Positions 51,617 through 64,000 of a stretch of 64,000 bases of DNA are shown in pieces. This stretch comes from Eledone cirrhosa (Eukaryota): positions 16,120,001 to 16,184,000 of the forward strand of contig OZ024746.1 of assembly GCA_964016885.1 (NCBI GenBank), given 5' to 3'. The position numbers and the translations under genes were made by a program. Within the stretch, counting starts at the first letter, position 1; each line of letters begins with the position of its first letter. A model generated the notes under the pieces. It was not told where the DNA came from, made no database searches, and saw only the letters and a list, made by a program, of their open reading frames with translations.

Positions 51617-52197
51617 GACCAGATGAAACTGAAATGATAGAACCAGATGACAGATGAAACTGAAATGTTAGGACCAGATGACAGATGAAACTGAAATGTT
51701 AGAATCAAATGACAGATGAAACTGAAATGTTAGAATCAAATGACAGATGAAACTGAAATGTTAGGACCAGATGACAGATGAAACTGAAATGTTAGAATCA
51801 AATGACAGATGAAACTGAAATGTTAGGACCAGATGTCAGATGAAACTGAAATGTTAGAATCAAATGACAGATGAAACTGAAATGTTAGGACCAGATGTCA
51901 GATGAAACTGAAATGTTAGGACCAGATGACAGATGAAACTGAAATGTTAGAATCAAATGACAGATGAAACTGAAATGTTAGGACCAGATGACAGATGAAA
52001 CTGAAATGTTAGAATCAAATGACAGATGAAACTGAAATGTTAGGACCAGATGACAGATGAAACTGAAATGTTAGAATCAAATGACAGATGAAACTGAAAT
52101 GTTAGGACCAGATGACAGATGAAACTGAAATGTTAGAATCAAATGACAGATGAAACTGAAATGTTAGGACCAGATGACAGATGAAACTGAAATGTTT
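51617..52197. repeat. Minisatellite, 31-bp unit with two mostly alternating variants
   Basis: GACAGATGAAACTGAAATGTTAG followed by GACCAGAT or AATCAAAT. Confidence 0.95.
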
Positions 52198-53789
52198 TAC
52201 ATGTAATTGAGAAGATAAAGATGGGAAATAGTTGAGAGAGAATTACTAAGTAAGAGATGTTCACTTTTCAAGACAAATTACTAAAAGATGTCAACTGGTC
52301 AAGACAAACATAAGGAACCATTCTTTACCAAAATAACCAATTAACCAGAGCTATCCATATCTTACAGAAGACTTCAACAATAATATATTGAAACTCTTTA
52401 AATATTTTAATGGGAAATCTTACTGAACTAAATTGTAATCATTACACTACTCACTTCTGATCAATTCCCATAACTAACATTATCTCTGTATTTTTCTGGA
52501 TATTACTTTGGATGTAACACTTTTGAGGAATAGGATATAATGTTATAATATCTTTGCTACAATTATTTGACTATACTACGGCATATTGTCGTATGAATAC
52601 TTCCCTCTGTCTAAACTACCTTCATTAAATGCTTTTACCATTGAATAAGTATATGTTTGGGTAAAACTAAAGAGAAGAGAGAAGGAAAGTACAAGCTACT
52701 AACACCATCAGACAGGAAAGTGGACGGCTTTTAGAAATTGAAATATTAGATAAATAAATACAAGGTATTTCGCTGAGAAATAAATTAATAATGAAATAAG
52801 ATAGAATTAAATATAGATGAAATAACTGAAATAAGATGTATGAAAACAAACGTATTTATTAGGTAATAAAAGAAGATATATTGATACAAAGTGTTAAAAA
52901 CCCCAAAGGAGAAGAAGAATTCAGAAATAAGCGATTGTTAATGGATAGTGATGGTGTAAAGTGGAGAAAGAAATAAATAGTGATTGCTCACGGAGGGCTA
53001 ATAGAATTTTGTTCATTTTCTAAGGTATCTTGTGGTTTATTAAAACTACAACTAAAGAATTGTTTTGGTGTTACAGCATTGTTCAGCGGTTTCACTTAGC
53101 GTCTGTCTATTAGCATTACTATCAGTTTATTTATAGGAGTAAAACTGGGGTGGGTATAGATAACTAAAAAGAAACTGACTGCCAATTCTAACCAAATAAT
53201 TATATTTCTAGAGATAATTGAAATACCTCTGTTTTGTTTTTTGTCATATATTGGTAAAGTTTTAGAAAGAAAAGAAAAACCCCAAGAATATATTCTTATG
53301 GTAGTGTTAATACATATATAACTCTTTTGATACCAAACTACATAAAACTACCCCTCTATGATACAAAACTGTTTGTTTTATAGTTTTTATATTTATCTAA
53401 AACAACTTTCCATTGTAATTTTATGTAAGAACCTTTATTAAGTTATTTTCTAAGCAGGAAATAAATCATGAGAAAGTTAGTTATGTTACTAAACAATATT
53501 GTATATATACAATAATGAAAGTATTAATTAAAAAAGGGTTAAAATAATGAACAAGAAGAGAGAAAAATAGGAGAGGAGAAGAGAAGGACAGACTCTATAC
53601 TCTAATCTAGGGGATATATCTTAGCTGTACTCCATGGAAAAGTTGCTGAAAGCATTGCTGTGAAGAACAGCCAGCAACACCACCTGTATCAGCCATTCCA
53701 CTTCACTGGGGCTCCTTAATAATCAATTTTTCATTATTTTCAAATGTTTTGAAGTATTGAAAAGTATAATGTCAAGGACATTATAAAGT

Positions 53790-54245
53790 ATAAGTTGATG
53801 TACCGTCATCTCTATATCTGGTGTCAATATAAAAGTTGACTGCACTGTCCAGTCTACCATCATCTCTGTAACTTGTGTCAATGTATAAGTTGACTGTACT
53901 GTCAAGTCTGTCATCTCTATATGCTATGACAATACATAAGTTGATTGTACTGTCCAGTCTACCGTCATCTCTATAACTTGTGTCAATGTATAAGTTGACT
54001 GTACTGTCAAGTCTGTCATCTCTATTTGCTATGACAATACATAAGTTGATTGTACTGTCCAGTCTACCGTCATCTCTGTAACTTGTGGCAATGTATAAGT
54101 TGACTGTACTGTCAAGTCTGTCATCTCTATATGCTATGACAATACATAAGTTGATTGTACTGTCCAGTCTACCGTCATCTCTATAACTTGTGTCAATGTA
54201 TAAGTTGACTGTACTGATTGTTCTGTCAATTCTATATCTTGTGTC
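53790..54245. repeat. Minisatellite with 105-bp dimeric period (51 + 54 bp subunits)
   Basis: AAGTTGACTGTACTG recurs at 53887, 53992, 54097 and 54202. Confidence 0.9.
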
Positions 54246-54387
54246 ATTTGATTAGTCTATAATTATCACTTGATTAATATTCATTATTTTGACAAATTTC
54301 TGAAGGCTGATTGAGTCTTGAGGGAATAAATAACCTTTGTTTATTAGAAATGTACACTAATGTTTGATCTTTCCCTGATTTTGCCAG

Positions 54388-54513
54388 ACTTTGATGAATG
54401 TTCAGTGAACAATGGTGGTTGTGCAGACAAATGTGAAAATTTACGTGGTTTATACAGGTGTCGTTGTGAGAAAAAAGGTTACAAATTAGCCGCAGACAAA
54501 CATTCCTGTGAAG
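54388..54513 (+). CDS. Exon, calcium-binding EGF domain 2 (DFDECSVNNGGCADKCENLRGLYRCRCEKKGYKLAADKHSCE)
   Basis: TTGCCAG acceptor, GTAAGT donor, 126 nt, phase 1-1, cbEGF consensus. Confidence 0.95.
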
Positions 54514-54570
54514 GTAAGTGGTTTCTTCTTAAAACCATTTGCAATCTTTATAGAAATAACCAAATGTAAA

Positions 54571-54972
54571 TAATTGTTTCTACTTTTGGCACAAGGTCAG
54601 CAATTACCCAGTGCATTACTGGTACTTTATTTTATCGACCCCATAAGGATGAAAGGCAAAGTTAAGCTCGACGGAATTTGAACTCAGACTGTAAAGGGAC
54701 GTAACTATGTTGGAAAGCATGGCATCAGACCCTCTACCGATACTGCCAATGATTAGTTGTGGCAGCAGTTTAAAATTGTTTCCCACTATGGTGAATTGGC
54801 AGTATCGGTAGAGGGTCGGACATGCTTTCCAGCATAGTTCCGTCCCTTTACGATCTGAGTTCAAATCCCGCCGAGGTTAACTTTGCCTTTTATCCATACG
54901 GGGGTCGATAAAATAAAGTACCAGTAATGTACTGGGTAATTGCTGGCCTTGTGCCAAAAGTAGAAATAATTA
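54571..54972. mobile_element. Head-to-head inverted pair of SINE S1 (54571-54750 minus, 54790-54972 plus)
   Basis: Both copies near-intact and mutually complementary. Confidence 0.92.
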
Positions 54973-55599
54973 TAACCATTATATGCACAAGAAGGATTTA
55001 TTCAAAAAATTCTAAATATGATGTTTGCAATAAAAAGATGAGAAAGAAAAAAGGATTAAATAAAAAAAGGGAAAGGGAGTGGCAGAGTCTACCCCCTCAG
55101 TCTCGGTGGTATATCTTAAGCTGTACCCAGAAGAGAAATTGGTGAAAATATTGCCACAGAAAATATTGCCAATATCAGCCAGTAACACCTGATACATGAA
55201 CCACTTAACCTCATGGGGCTTCTTCCTCAGATGGGATGGATTCTCCCCAATTTCGCAGAGAAAAATGACAGTTGAGAGACCAAGGATACCAGAGGTCTTG
55301 GTGGAGATTGGCTTGAAGAGGAAGCATTGGTCAAGTGCCAGTATTTAGCTATCTTCCTCTCCTCCACATTATAGGTAACAGTGCCTGGGTTTGTGGCAGG
55401 AATAGAAATTTATGACTGCTTACTTTAGTGCAATGGTATCACAGCTTTCCAGCATAAAAGTAAACGTGAGTTCAATCTCCACAGGTTATTATCCACTTTT
55501 TCTCTACCCAATACAGAAAGTATTATTGTAGTTATTTCTGTTGGGACACAGTTTTCCAATATATATTTGCTTATTTCTTTATTGTGTTTGCTGTTGTAG

Positions 55600-55725
55600 A
55601 TCTAGATGAATGTAAACGTTACAAGAAAGCCTGCAATGGTGGCCAATGTTTTAATACAGTTGGATCTTATTACTGTAAATGTAAGAAGGACTTCATTGTC
55701 AGTGAAGACAAGTCTCAGTGTATAG
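55600..55725 (+). CDS. Exon, calcium-binding EGF domain 3 (DLDECKRYKKACNGGQCFNTVGSYYCKCKKDFIVSEDKSQCI); absent from the ORF track
   Basis: TGTTGTAG acceptor, GTAGGT donor, 126 nt, phase 1-1, cbEGF consensus. Confidence 0.95.
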
Positions 55726-55909
55726 GTAGGTAATAAATGTTGTTATATCACATCATATATGTTTGTAGTATATCTTAGGATTGATCATTGTTATGACAGA
55801 TCATATATGTTTGTATGATATCATAGGTAAGGTCATTGTAATAACACAACATATAGTGTATGCTGTCATATATAAGATGTGTGTTATGACAGGTCATATC
55901 GTACAAATA

Positions 55910-56150
55910 TATGATCTGTAATTGGCTGAGTATTCCATGGACATGTGTACCTTTAAGATAATTCTCAGGCAAAAATCAACATGACACAATGTGACAAGGC
56001 TGGACTTTTGAATTACAAATACATCTACACAGTCTCTTCCATCCAATTCTACACACAGGTTTGAGGCTATGGTACAAGACACTCAAGATACCATGCAGTG
56101 GGATTGAACCTGGGCCTTATGTTTACTAAGCAATCTTCTTAACCAACCAA
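55910..56150 (-). mobile_element. tRNA-headed SINE related to 62735-62995
   Basis: Shared GACATGTGTACCTTTAA and ACAAGGCTGG motifs; tRNA-like head at the high-coordinate end. Confidence 0.6.
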
Positions 56151-57174
56151 CCATACCTACATTCAATGTATTACTGTTAACCAGTCAACCATGTCTATAT
56201 CCAATGTATTATCAAAGGAAACAAACTGTATTGAGATTGATTAGTTAAATCCAAATAGGGGGTTACATTCATTCCAAGCTAAGCCATATAAGCCTACTCC
56301 ATCTTTAACCATATATCCAACCCCTCAGCTAATAGCAGGTATTTACAGCAGGAGGTTAAATTCAGTTGTAAGGCAAGATATATGGTCAACAGACAGTATG
56401 TTATGAAGAAGTGAACTGCCTGGAATTCTGATAGCATATTTTGCTTCAATGTAACATGAGAATACTTTTATATAGTACAACCATTTTGTAAAGTACATTT
56501 TAACAGTGTATATAACACATAAATCATGATTTTATATAGTTAATATAATCATTTTTTACTGTCACTTATTACCAGTACATAAAAACCTGCTGGCATCAGT
56601 GGCTAATAGCAGATTCCTTCAATATCGGTAATCGTATCTTCCTTAAATGACAAAGTTCAACCAATGATCTTTGCCAGGAATTTCTTTGATACAGTTCTCT
56701 TTTCCTTCTCACCTTCCTAATACTCTCTATTCTTTTCTCTCTCTTTCTCTCTCTCTCTCCCTCTGTTTCTCTCCTCCTCCTCTCCCCATTCTCCACTTCT
56801 TTCTCTGTCTTTGTCATTTTCTTCCCCTCTCACTTACACATTCAATGCTGTAATGATAAAATCAATATGCTAAATACTTGAACAGTTTTCTGGAACATAT
56901 CTAGTCACACTGCCAGAGCCTTACAATTGTACTTTTGCCATTTTTCTATTGAAATGTCTTGCATTCACAGCTGAAATGGGTTCTGGTCTGATGCTTAGAC
57001 TTTTTATTTTTTATTTTATATCTTGATTTTATTTTGTTGATGTCATTATTGTTGTTTTTATTTTGTTGTCATTATTATTGTTGTTGTCATTGTTATTATT
57101 ATTATTATTATCATTGTTGTTGTTGTTGTTGTTATTATTGCTATTATTATTAATATTATTATTTTCTTTTGAAG

Positions 57175-57300
57175 ATATCAATGAGTGCGAATCGAATAAT
57201 GGTGGTTGCAGTATGGGATGCGTAAACCTGTTTGGATCTTTCAAATGCACTTGCCCAAAAGACGCATACACAATTGCAGCCGACGGATTTTCTTGTTTAG
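57175..57300 (+). CDS. Exon, calcium-binding EGF domain 4 (DINECESNNGGCSMGCVNLFGSFKCTCPKDAYTIAADGFSCL)
   Basis: TTTTGAAG acceptor, GTAAAA donor, 126 nt, phase 1-1. Confidence 0.95.
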
Positions 57301-58294
57301 GTAAAACTAATCTCACCAAGTACATTTATTGATTAAAAACCAAACAAAACCAGCTTTATCTTAATAGAGTAGTTATTCTCCATAGTTATTCTTTATTTAT
57401 TACATTTCAAAATATTTTGCCCACTGAATGAATCATAGTCACTATTGGTAGCAATCCAAAGTTATCTTTCTTTGATGTTAGAAATTCGAAAAAAGGAAGA
57501 AAAGGAAAAAAAAAAGCTGAGCAATGTTCCAGCAATTATCTCTTTGGTGTCTTTGTTCAGCAAAGAGTCTAGGATGTTAAAGCATGTTTTTATGGCACCT
57601 TCAACACCACATCACATGTTGGCCCTCGTTGCTAAACTCTGTAATTGCTTTTTAACAAAACACTAAAATCTCAGAGAGATGCCAAGTTTTGTGAATTGAT
57701 GCTAAAACTTGGCAAAATATGTTTAATACTTTCACAGCAAACTTCAAATATGTTTGTATTTCACAAATGTTAGTCAAATCTTTGAACTATGAAGTTCTTT
57801 GTGCTTCAACTAGTGACTGTTGTGCTCTGTATCCTATATGTTTAATGGTCACAGCTTTCTAAATCTTTACAATGATGGGTTACAGACGGGGTTGATATCT
57901 CATGTTATTGTTGCTATTGTACTCCATTCCATTTGGCCTTGTCTAAATTTGATAAAGATGTCTAACTTGTAATAAATAGGTACTATGGGGAGGTACATTT
58001 TACTGTTGGAATCTTCAAGGAATAGTGTTAAATAGCTATTATGTATGTGTGTATGTATGTATATATGTGTTTGTTTGTATGTCTATGTATATATGTGATT
58101 GTATGCATATTTATATACATATATATATGTGTGTGTGTGTACACATACACACACATACGTACATGCAGGGAAACATTTAACTAGTTTAGAACAGGCACAT
58201 TATATCTCTACACGTCACATCTATAAACACATAACCTCACATATACACATGTACACACACACACACATACACACGTGTGAATAGCAAGAAGCTG

Positions 58295-58710
58295 ACCATC
58301 AATCCCATGTTCCTTCAGAACCTTCCACAGCCTGTCCCAAGGAATGCCATATGCCTTTTCAAGATTGACAAAACAAGAATACACCTCTTGGCCGCAGTGT
58401 GGATATCTGGTCAGCTGTGCTGTTCATCAGCAAGCTTGGACTCGACAATCTCCCTACATCTCTGCCAGACACTTAGCATAGACTTTACTGGGGAGGCTTA
58501 ACAAGGAGATCCCTCTGTAATTGGAACAATCCTTCTTGTCTCCATTTTTGGAAATTGGGATTATCACTCCCGATTACCATTGTTTAGATACATTTCCAGA
58601 GATCCAGGCTACTTGATACACACAAGTCAGCCAGAAAATATCTTCTCTATTCGCTTTTAACATCTCGGGCGAGATTTCATCTTCCCCAGTGGTCTTGCCA
58701 CATTTGAGTG
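58295..58710 (-). mobile_element. RTE-type reverse transcriptase fragment (different subfamily from 40325-43070)
   Basis: LKCGKTTGEDEISPEMLK...NYRGISLLS...CFVNLEKAY with stops and frameshifts. Confidence 0.85.
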
Positions 58711-58719
58711 TATATTTGG

Positions 58720-59127
58720 TACCTACAGTCAGTAGGCACCTCTTAACCAAATATACACCCCAATCCACTACCCCACTCTATCCTCCCACTCCCACCAACA
58801 CCACCCTCTCTCTGTAAAGTTGGTACCACAACATCCAGTCCAAATAAATGAGATAATGAGATCGAGATCGTGTAGGTGTCACGACAAAAAAACACACAGT
58901 CCACGCTGTAATGTGGCGGTGTAGGTAACACGGTAAAAAGTTCCCAGTCCACACTGTAAATGTGGTTGGTGTTAGGAAGGGCATCCAACCGTAGAAAACC
59001 TGTCAGATAGTCCTGTATGAGCGAGACACAGTCACCCGATCAGCCTTACCTCAAATTGGGACAACTCCCATGCTAGCGTGGAAGATGGACATTAAACGAT
59101 GATGATGATGATGATGATGATGATGAT
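58720..59127 (+). mobile_element. RTE LINE 3' UTR fragment with (GAT)n tail
   Basis: Reverse complement of 40325-40710, more diverged. Confidence 0.9.
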
Positions 59128-59671
59128 ATATATATGTATATATGTGTGTGTGTATGTATATATATATATATATACACACAGGAGGAGCTATTTAAGTGTG
59201 AATCATTCTAAATGTTCCATTCATGTTTATTCTTCAATCAAAACCAAAGAAATTGTTACACAATAAACATAGACATCTAAAGTGTTTGTTTTTTTGTTTT
59301 TTTGTGTGTGTGTGTTTAATTTTCATTGACGTTGTTCTCTTATTAGTGTACATCAGTAAACTGCACTCACCATTGAGTCTGAAATAATCTTACATATTGT
59401 TTACATACTAGATTTATTTGGCAGGAGACATATTGTACAGTGAGACCAGTATGAAAGGACAAGACTTTTTTTTATATTATATAATAAATATAGCGAAAAT
59501 TGGCCAGTTTTAATAATACTATCTATAATGAAATATAATGATGATGAAATATTTGGAACATAACAGTGTGTATGATTGTCTTTTTTTTTTGTTTTTTTTT
59601 TGTTTTTTGGGGGCCATTTTAGATTCTGTCTTTCATTCATGAGATGTAATTCTCTTTGGAAATATTTTCAG

Positions 59672-59797
59672 ACGTTGATGAATGTGAAAACAACAAAGGA
59701 GGTTGTGAGGAAGAATGTATTAACACTCACGGTTCTTTTAAGTGTCTGTGCAATACATTTGCTAAAGTTTTATCTGAAGATGGCAGGACTTGTCAAT
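59672..59797 (+). CDS. Exon, calcium-binding EGF domain 5 (DVDECENNKGGCEEECINTHGSFKCLCNTFAKVLSEDGRTCQ); frame not shown in the ORF track
   Basis: TTTTCAG acceptor, GTAAGT donor, 126 nt, phase 1-1. Confidence 0.95.
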
Positions 59798-59839
59798 GTA
59801 AGTATTTTATAATATTACTCTGATATGAAACAATGTTTG

Positions 59840-60515
59840 ATTAGTACATTATAGTACTAAACAGAGTTAGCACTAAACATTATAGTACTAAATAAAGTTA
59901 GATAGTACATTATAGTACTAAACAGCGATAGTTAGTGCATTATAGTACGAAACAGAGATAGGTAGTACATTATACTACTAAGGATTTAGTTACACATTAT
60001 AGTACTAAACAAATAGAGATAGTACATTATAGTACTAAACAGAGTTTGATTAGTACGATAATATATAACTATCTCTGTTTAGTACTATAGAGTTTGGTTA
60101 GTACATTACAGTACCAAACAGAGATAGTTAGTACATTACAGTACTAAACAGAGATAGTTAGTACATTATAGTACCCAACAGAGATAGTTAGTACATTACA
60201 GTACCAAACAGAGATAGTTAGTACATTATAGTACTAAACAGAGATAGTTAGTACATTATAGTACTAAACAGAGATAGTTAATACATTATAGTACTAAACA
60301 GAGATAGTTAGTACATTATAGTGCTAAACAGAGATAGTACATTATAGTACTAAACAGAGATAGTACATTATAGTACTAAACAGAGATAGTACATTATAGT
60401 ACTAAACAGAGATAGTACATTATAGTACTAAACAGAGATAGTACATTATAGTATCAAACAGAGATAGTTAGTACATCATAGTACTAAACAGAGGTAATAC
60501 ATTATAGTACTAAAC
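59840..60515. repeat. Minisatellite, 30-bp unit switching to a 26-bp variant
   Basis: AGTACATTATAGTACTAAACAGAGATAGTT; one inverted unit at ~60067-60089. Confidence 0.95.
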
Positions 60516-61590
60516 AAACTGTTCTTGGTTCTGGGAATAGTAGATTATTATAATGTTAACTTAAACAATAGTTTATTGGGTAGCCAAAAGACCATATCTA
60601 GCTGTAAACTATTGGGTCCATAGAGAGGTGTTTCTGTGTTTTACTATTATAAAACTTCCCTGGTACTAAGTAAATGTAAACAGAATCTACTTTGTGCTTA
60701 AATGTAGTTTAAAAGGTGAACATCCAATTTTCCTGCTACTTAATTTTACTGTTCTGAAAAAACTGTGACTCTGTTTCCAGTGGCAATTAAACTGTGTTTT
60801 GAGAGAGAATGAAGAAAATTATATCTTTCTTAATAGAAAAGACATTATTACTTCTTTATTAGATGAAATAAAATCAATCTTTAACAAATGTTCTCAACTT
60901 TTGTGATATTTTTATGATATTTTGATCAAATATTGTAAAATTTGTTGAATTTATTTGTGAGATTCAAAAGTCAACAAATACTGCAACTAAATTTCACTTA
61001 GCTTCAACAAACTTTCTTTCCATACTGTTGATATAATTTGTTTTTTTAAATAAAAAAATATATTCTCAGAATAAAAGCAATATTTCCCACTTACACAAGA
61101 CATACAAGGAATTTATCATCTTTTGCTTGTACTAACCATTAGCATTGATACATCATGGTCTTTTTGATGCCTGTTAAAATGACCAATTTAGACACCTATA
61201 ATAATTTTTGATTATTACACTCAACAGACAGTGTGCATACAAGATTTAGCAAACATGTCTTTATATGAAATCCAGATGCCAGTAACTTTGTTTCTTTAGT
61301 GACTTAATGGTTTTTTACCATGTCTTTGCAGTAAAAACAAAACTTGGTAATTATTATTATTTGAACAAGGTAGACAGTAAGCCAGCTTAAGTATCAATAA
61401 ATTTTGTCTTCAAATAGATTTTGTTTTTGTTTATACGTTTATTGTTTTCCCTCACACCCTTTCAAGTTTTTTTTCTCCAGAAAATAGAAATCATGTTAGG
61501 ATTGGAGTTGCTCACTAAAGAAACAAAACAACATTATTATTATAATAATTATTATTATTATCATTATTACTATTATTATTATTGTTGTTA

Positions 61591-61648
<58 letters not shown>

Positions 61649-61944
61649 GTTGTTTCTTATCTCATTTATAGACATTGTTTACTTCAGCAAAATCTCATTA
61701 CTTACTTCAACTTTGATTATTAAGTAGTAGCACCACAATGTTTTTTGTGTTTCAGCCAGTTATGGTCGTTAGTTTACTTTAATATAATATTGTTGCCCCG
61801 TCTACAAATTATTATTAGTTGCCGTAGCAGCCAGTTTCACAGAGAGGCCACTTTGCCTGCTTCCTTCTCTCAACCATTTCATTCACTATCAGAAAGTTGT
61901 TTGGTACAGTTGTCACAATTATATATTGTTTTACTAGTTCATGT

Positions 61945-62560
61945 ATTGATTTCTAATTTAGATACAAGGCTAGAAAATTCTGGAGGGTAGGGGAGTGTAA
62001 AGTTGATTAAATCAACCCCTCACCCCCACACCCCCAGTATTTGACGGGTATTTTATTTTATCATCACTAAAGGATGAATGGCAAAGTTGATCTCGGCAGG
62101 ATTTGAACTCATAATGTAAAGAGCTGGAATAAATAACACAATGGCATTTTATTCGATGCTCTACCAATCCTTCAAATCAAAGATGTTTAGCAATTCTTGG
62201 ATAAGTGAGCTTTACATAATATCAGATCCTGAAAGCTGTAATGGAACAGAAAATAGCTAGAAAATATCTATTGAACAAATGTAATGGTGTGGAGCTTTTA
62301 TATGCACCCAAAATATTGATTATGTTACATGTATGTAGAATATATTGATTTCTAATTTAGACATAAAGCCAGAAAATTGTGTAGGGGGAAGAGCAAAGTT
62401 TAATAAATCAACCCCAGTATTTGACTGGTACTTGATTTTATTGACACCAGAAGGATAAAAGGCAAAGTTGACCTCGGTGGTATTTGAACACAGAATGAAA
62501 AAAAACAGAAAAAATACCACAATGGTACTTTATTTGATGTTCTGCTGATTCTGTCAATCG
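61945..62560 (-). mobile_element. Two older antisense SINE S1 copies (61945-62172, 62345-62560)
   Basis: Reverse-complement core GGCAAAGTTGA...ATTTGAAC and tail TTTCTAATTTAGA. Confidence 0.8.
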
Positions 62561-62734
62561 ATCACTGTTGCTAGTTCCTATATCAACAGAAATATTATCT
62601 TCTAGCCAGGCTCAGTTGCCATATTTACTCAGTGCCACTAATCCAAGTTCTAATAAAACAACAACCATTACTGTGTTGGATGTTGATCAGATCTGATAAT
62701 AAGTGTTCCAGTTGTTTGATTAATGGAACAACCT

Positions 62735-62995
62735 GCTCAGGAAATTAACATGTAAGTGGCTGAGCATTCTCCAGACATGTGTACCTTTAACATATTTCTT
62801 GGGGAAGATTCAGCATGAGACAGTATGTGGCAAGGCTGGCTCTTTAAATTACAGGTATAACTCATTTTTGCCAGTTGAGTGAACTGGAACATGAAATAAA
62901 GTGTCTTACTCAAGAACACAACACACCACCAGGAATCAAACTCACAACTATAAGATTGTGATCCATGCACTCTAACCACTAAGCTACAGACTTCC
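62735..62995 (-). mobile_element. tRNA-headed SINE (S3-like head and core)
   Basis: Minus strand TAGCTTAGTGGTTAGAG...GAGTTTGATTCC...CTTGAGTAAGACACTTTATTTCA. Confidence 0.75.
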
Positions 62996-63174
62996 ATACA
63001 TTGTTATCAGATACATACATACTACATTATTATACTCTTACATTCTACACCTAACACTTCCTATAATATATCAGTTTTACAATATATTCTCTAAGCTTTG
63101 GTTTTATTCTTTTGTTTTTTCATGTAACTTTATTTCTCGTGGAACACCAACAAAGTAATAACTCTTATTTGCAG

Positions 63175-63333
63175 TTTGTACAAAAAACACCTACTTTAAT
63201 GCTGCCAAGAAGTCCTGTATGAGCTGCCCTAAACATTCTCGCATTGCTGAAGGATCAGCACATCTTTCAATTGATGAATGCATTTGTAATGCAGGTTTTG
63301 CAGGAAACCCTGGAAAAGACATCACTTGTGAAG
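63175..63333 (+). CDS. Exon, ephrin-receptor-like (GCC2/GCC3) Cys-rich module (FCTKNTYFNAAKKSCMSCPKHSRIAEGSAHLSIDECICNAGFAGNPGKDITCE)
   Basis: TATTTGCAG acceptor, GTAAAA donor, 159 nt, phase 1-1; C-x3-TY...CxxCP...CxCxxGF pattern. Confidence 0.92.
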
Positions 63334-63362
63334 GTAAAAAATTAACTGATAATTATCTGAAA

Positions 63363-64000
63363 TACACTGCTCACATTGAAGTAGACAGTCTGTCATTGCT
63401 CCTCCCCTTCCAACCATGAGATATACTGCTCACATTGAAGTAGACAGTCTGTCATTGCTCCTCCCCCTCCAATCATGAGATATACTGCTCACATTGAAGT
63501 AGACAGTCTGTCATTGCTCCTCCCCCTCCAGCCATGAGATATACTGCTCACATTGAAGTAGACAGTCTGTCATTGCTCCTCCCCCTCCAATCATGAGATA
63601 TACTGCTCACATTGAAGTAGACAGTCTGTCATTGCTCCTCCCCTCCAGCCATGAGATATACTGCTCACATTGAAGTAGACAGTCTGTCATTGCTCCTCCC
63701 CCTCCAGCCATGAGATATACTGCTCACATTGAAGTGGACAGTCTGTCATTGCTCCTCCCCTCCAACCATGAGATATACTGCTCACATTGAAGTGGACAGT
63801 CTGTCATTGCTCCTCCCCTCCAGCCATGAGATATACTGCTCACATTGAAGTAGACAGTCTGTCATTGCTCCTCCCCCTCCAACCATGAGATATACTGCTC
63901 ACATTGAAGTAGACAGTCTGTCATTGCTCCTCCCCTCCAGCCATGAGATATACTGCTCACATTGAAGTAGACAGTCTGTCATTGCTCCTCCCCCTCCAGC
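63363..64000. repeat. Minisatellite, 58-59-bp unit, at least 11 copies, runs off the window
   Basis: ATACTGCTCACATTGAAGTAGACAGTCTGTCATTGCTCCTCCCCCTCCAGCCATGAGAT. Confidence 0.97.

Noticed and set aside
53318-53543. Possible piggyBac-like MITE ending AAAGGGTTAA
   Set aside because: Left terminus (TAACTCTTTT) too degenerate and only one copy visible

Overview
AT-rich, microsatellite-saturated eukaryotic DNA. The SINE types and the RTE/TA-repeat landscape suggest a coleoid cephalopod such as octopus (inference). The only firmly supported protein-coding content is six GT-AG, phase-1 exons on the + strand (50997-63333): five calcium-binding EGF modules and one ephrin-receptor-like (GCC2/GCC3) Cys-rich module, belonging to a gene that continues past the window. 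The first 20 kb probably holds the 3' end of another + strand gene, with a 9-nt microexon (11713-11721, CU-tract plus UGC) and candidate short terminal exons. The rest is mobile and repeat DNA: many tRNA-derived SINEs, a 5'-truncated frameshifted RTE LINE with a PHD-type finger, R4/Dong-type RLE fragments in (TAA)n, a Gypsy LTR remnant, a hAT remnant and about ten minisatellites. The most notable signal is an intact minimal type-I hammerhead ribozyme (34668-34722) in a Penelope-like 3' end, together with six families of short asymmetric foldback insertions, mostly in (TA)n tracts. In most of these the fold centre lies just 5' of a hammerhead-like GAAA core, and they cluster at 31.7-35.6 kb. 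Almost all ORFs in the supplied track are microsatellite artefacts. Repeat boundaries were read by eye and are approximate.
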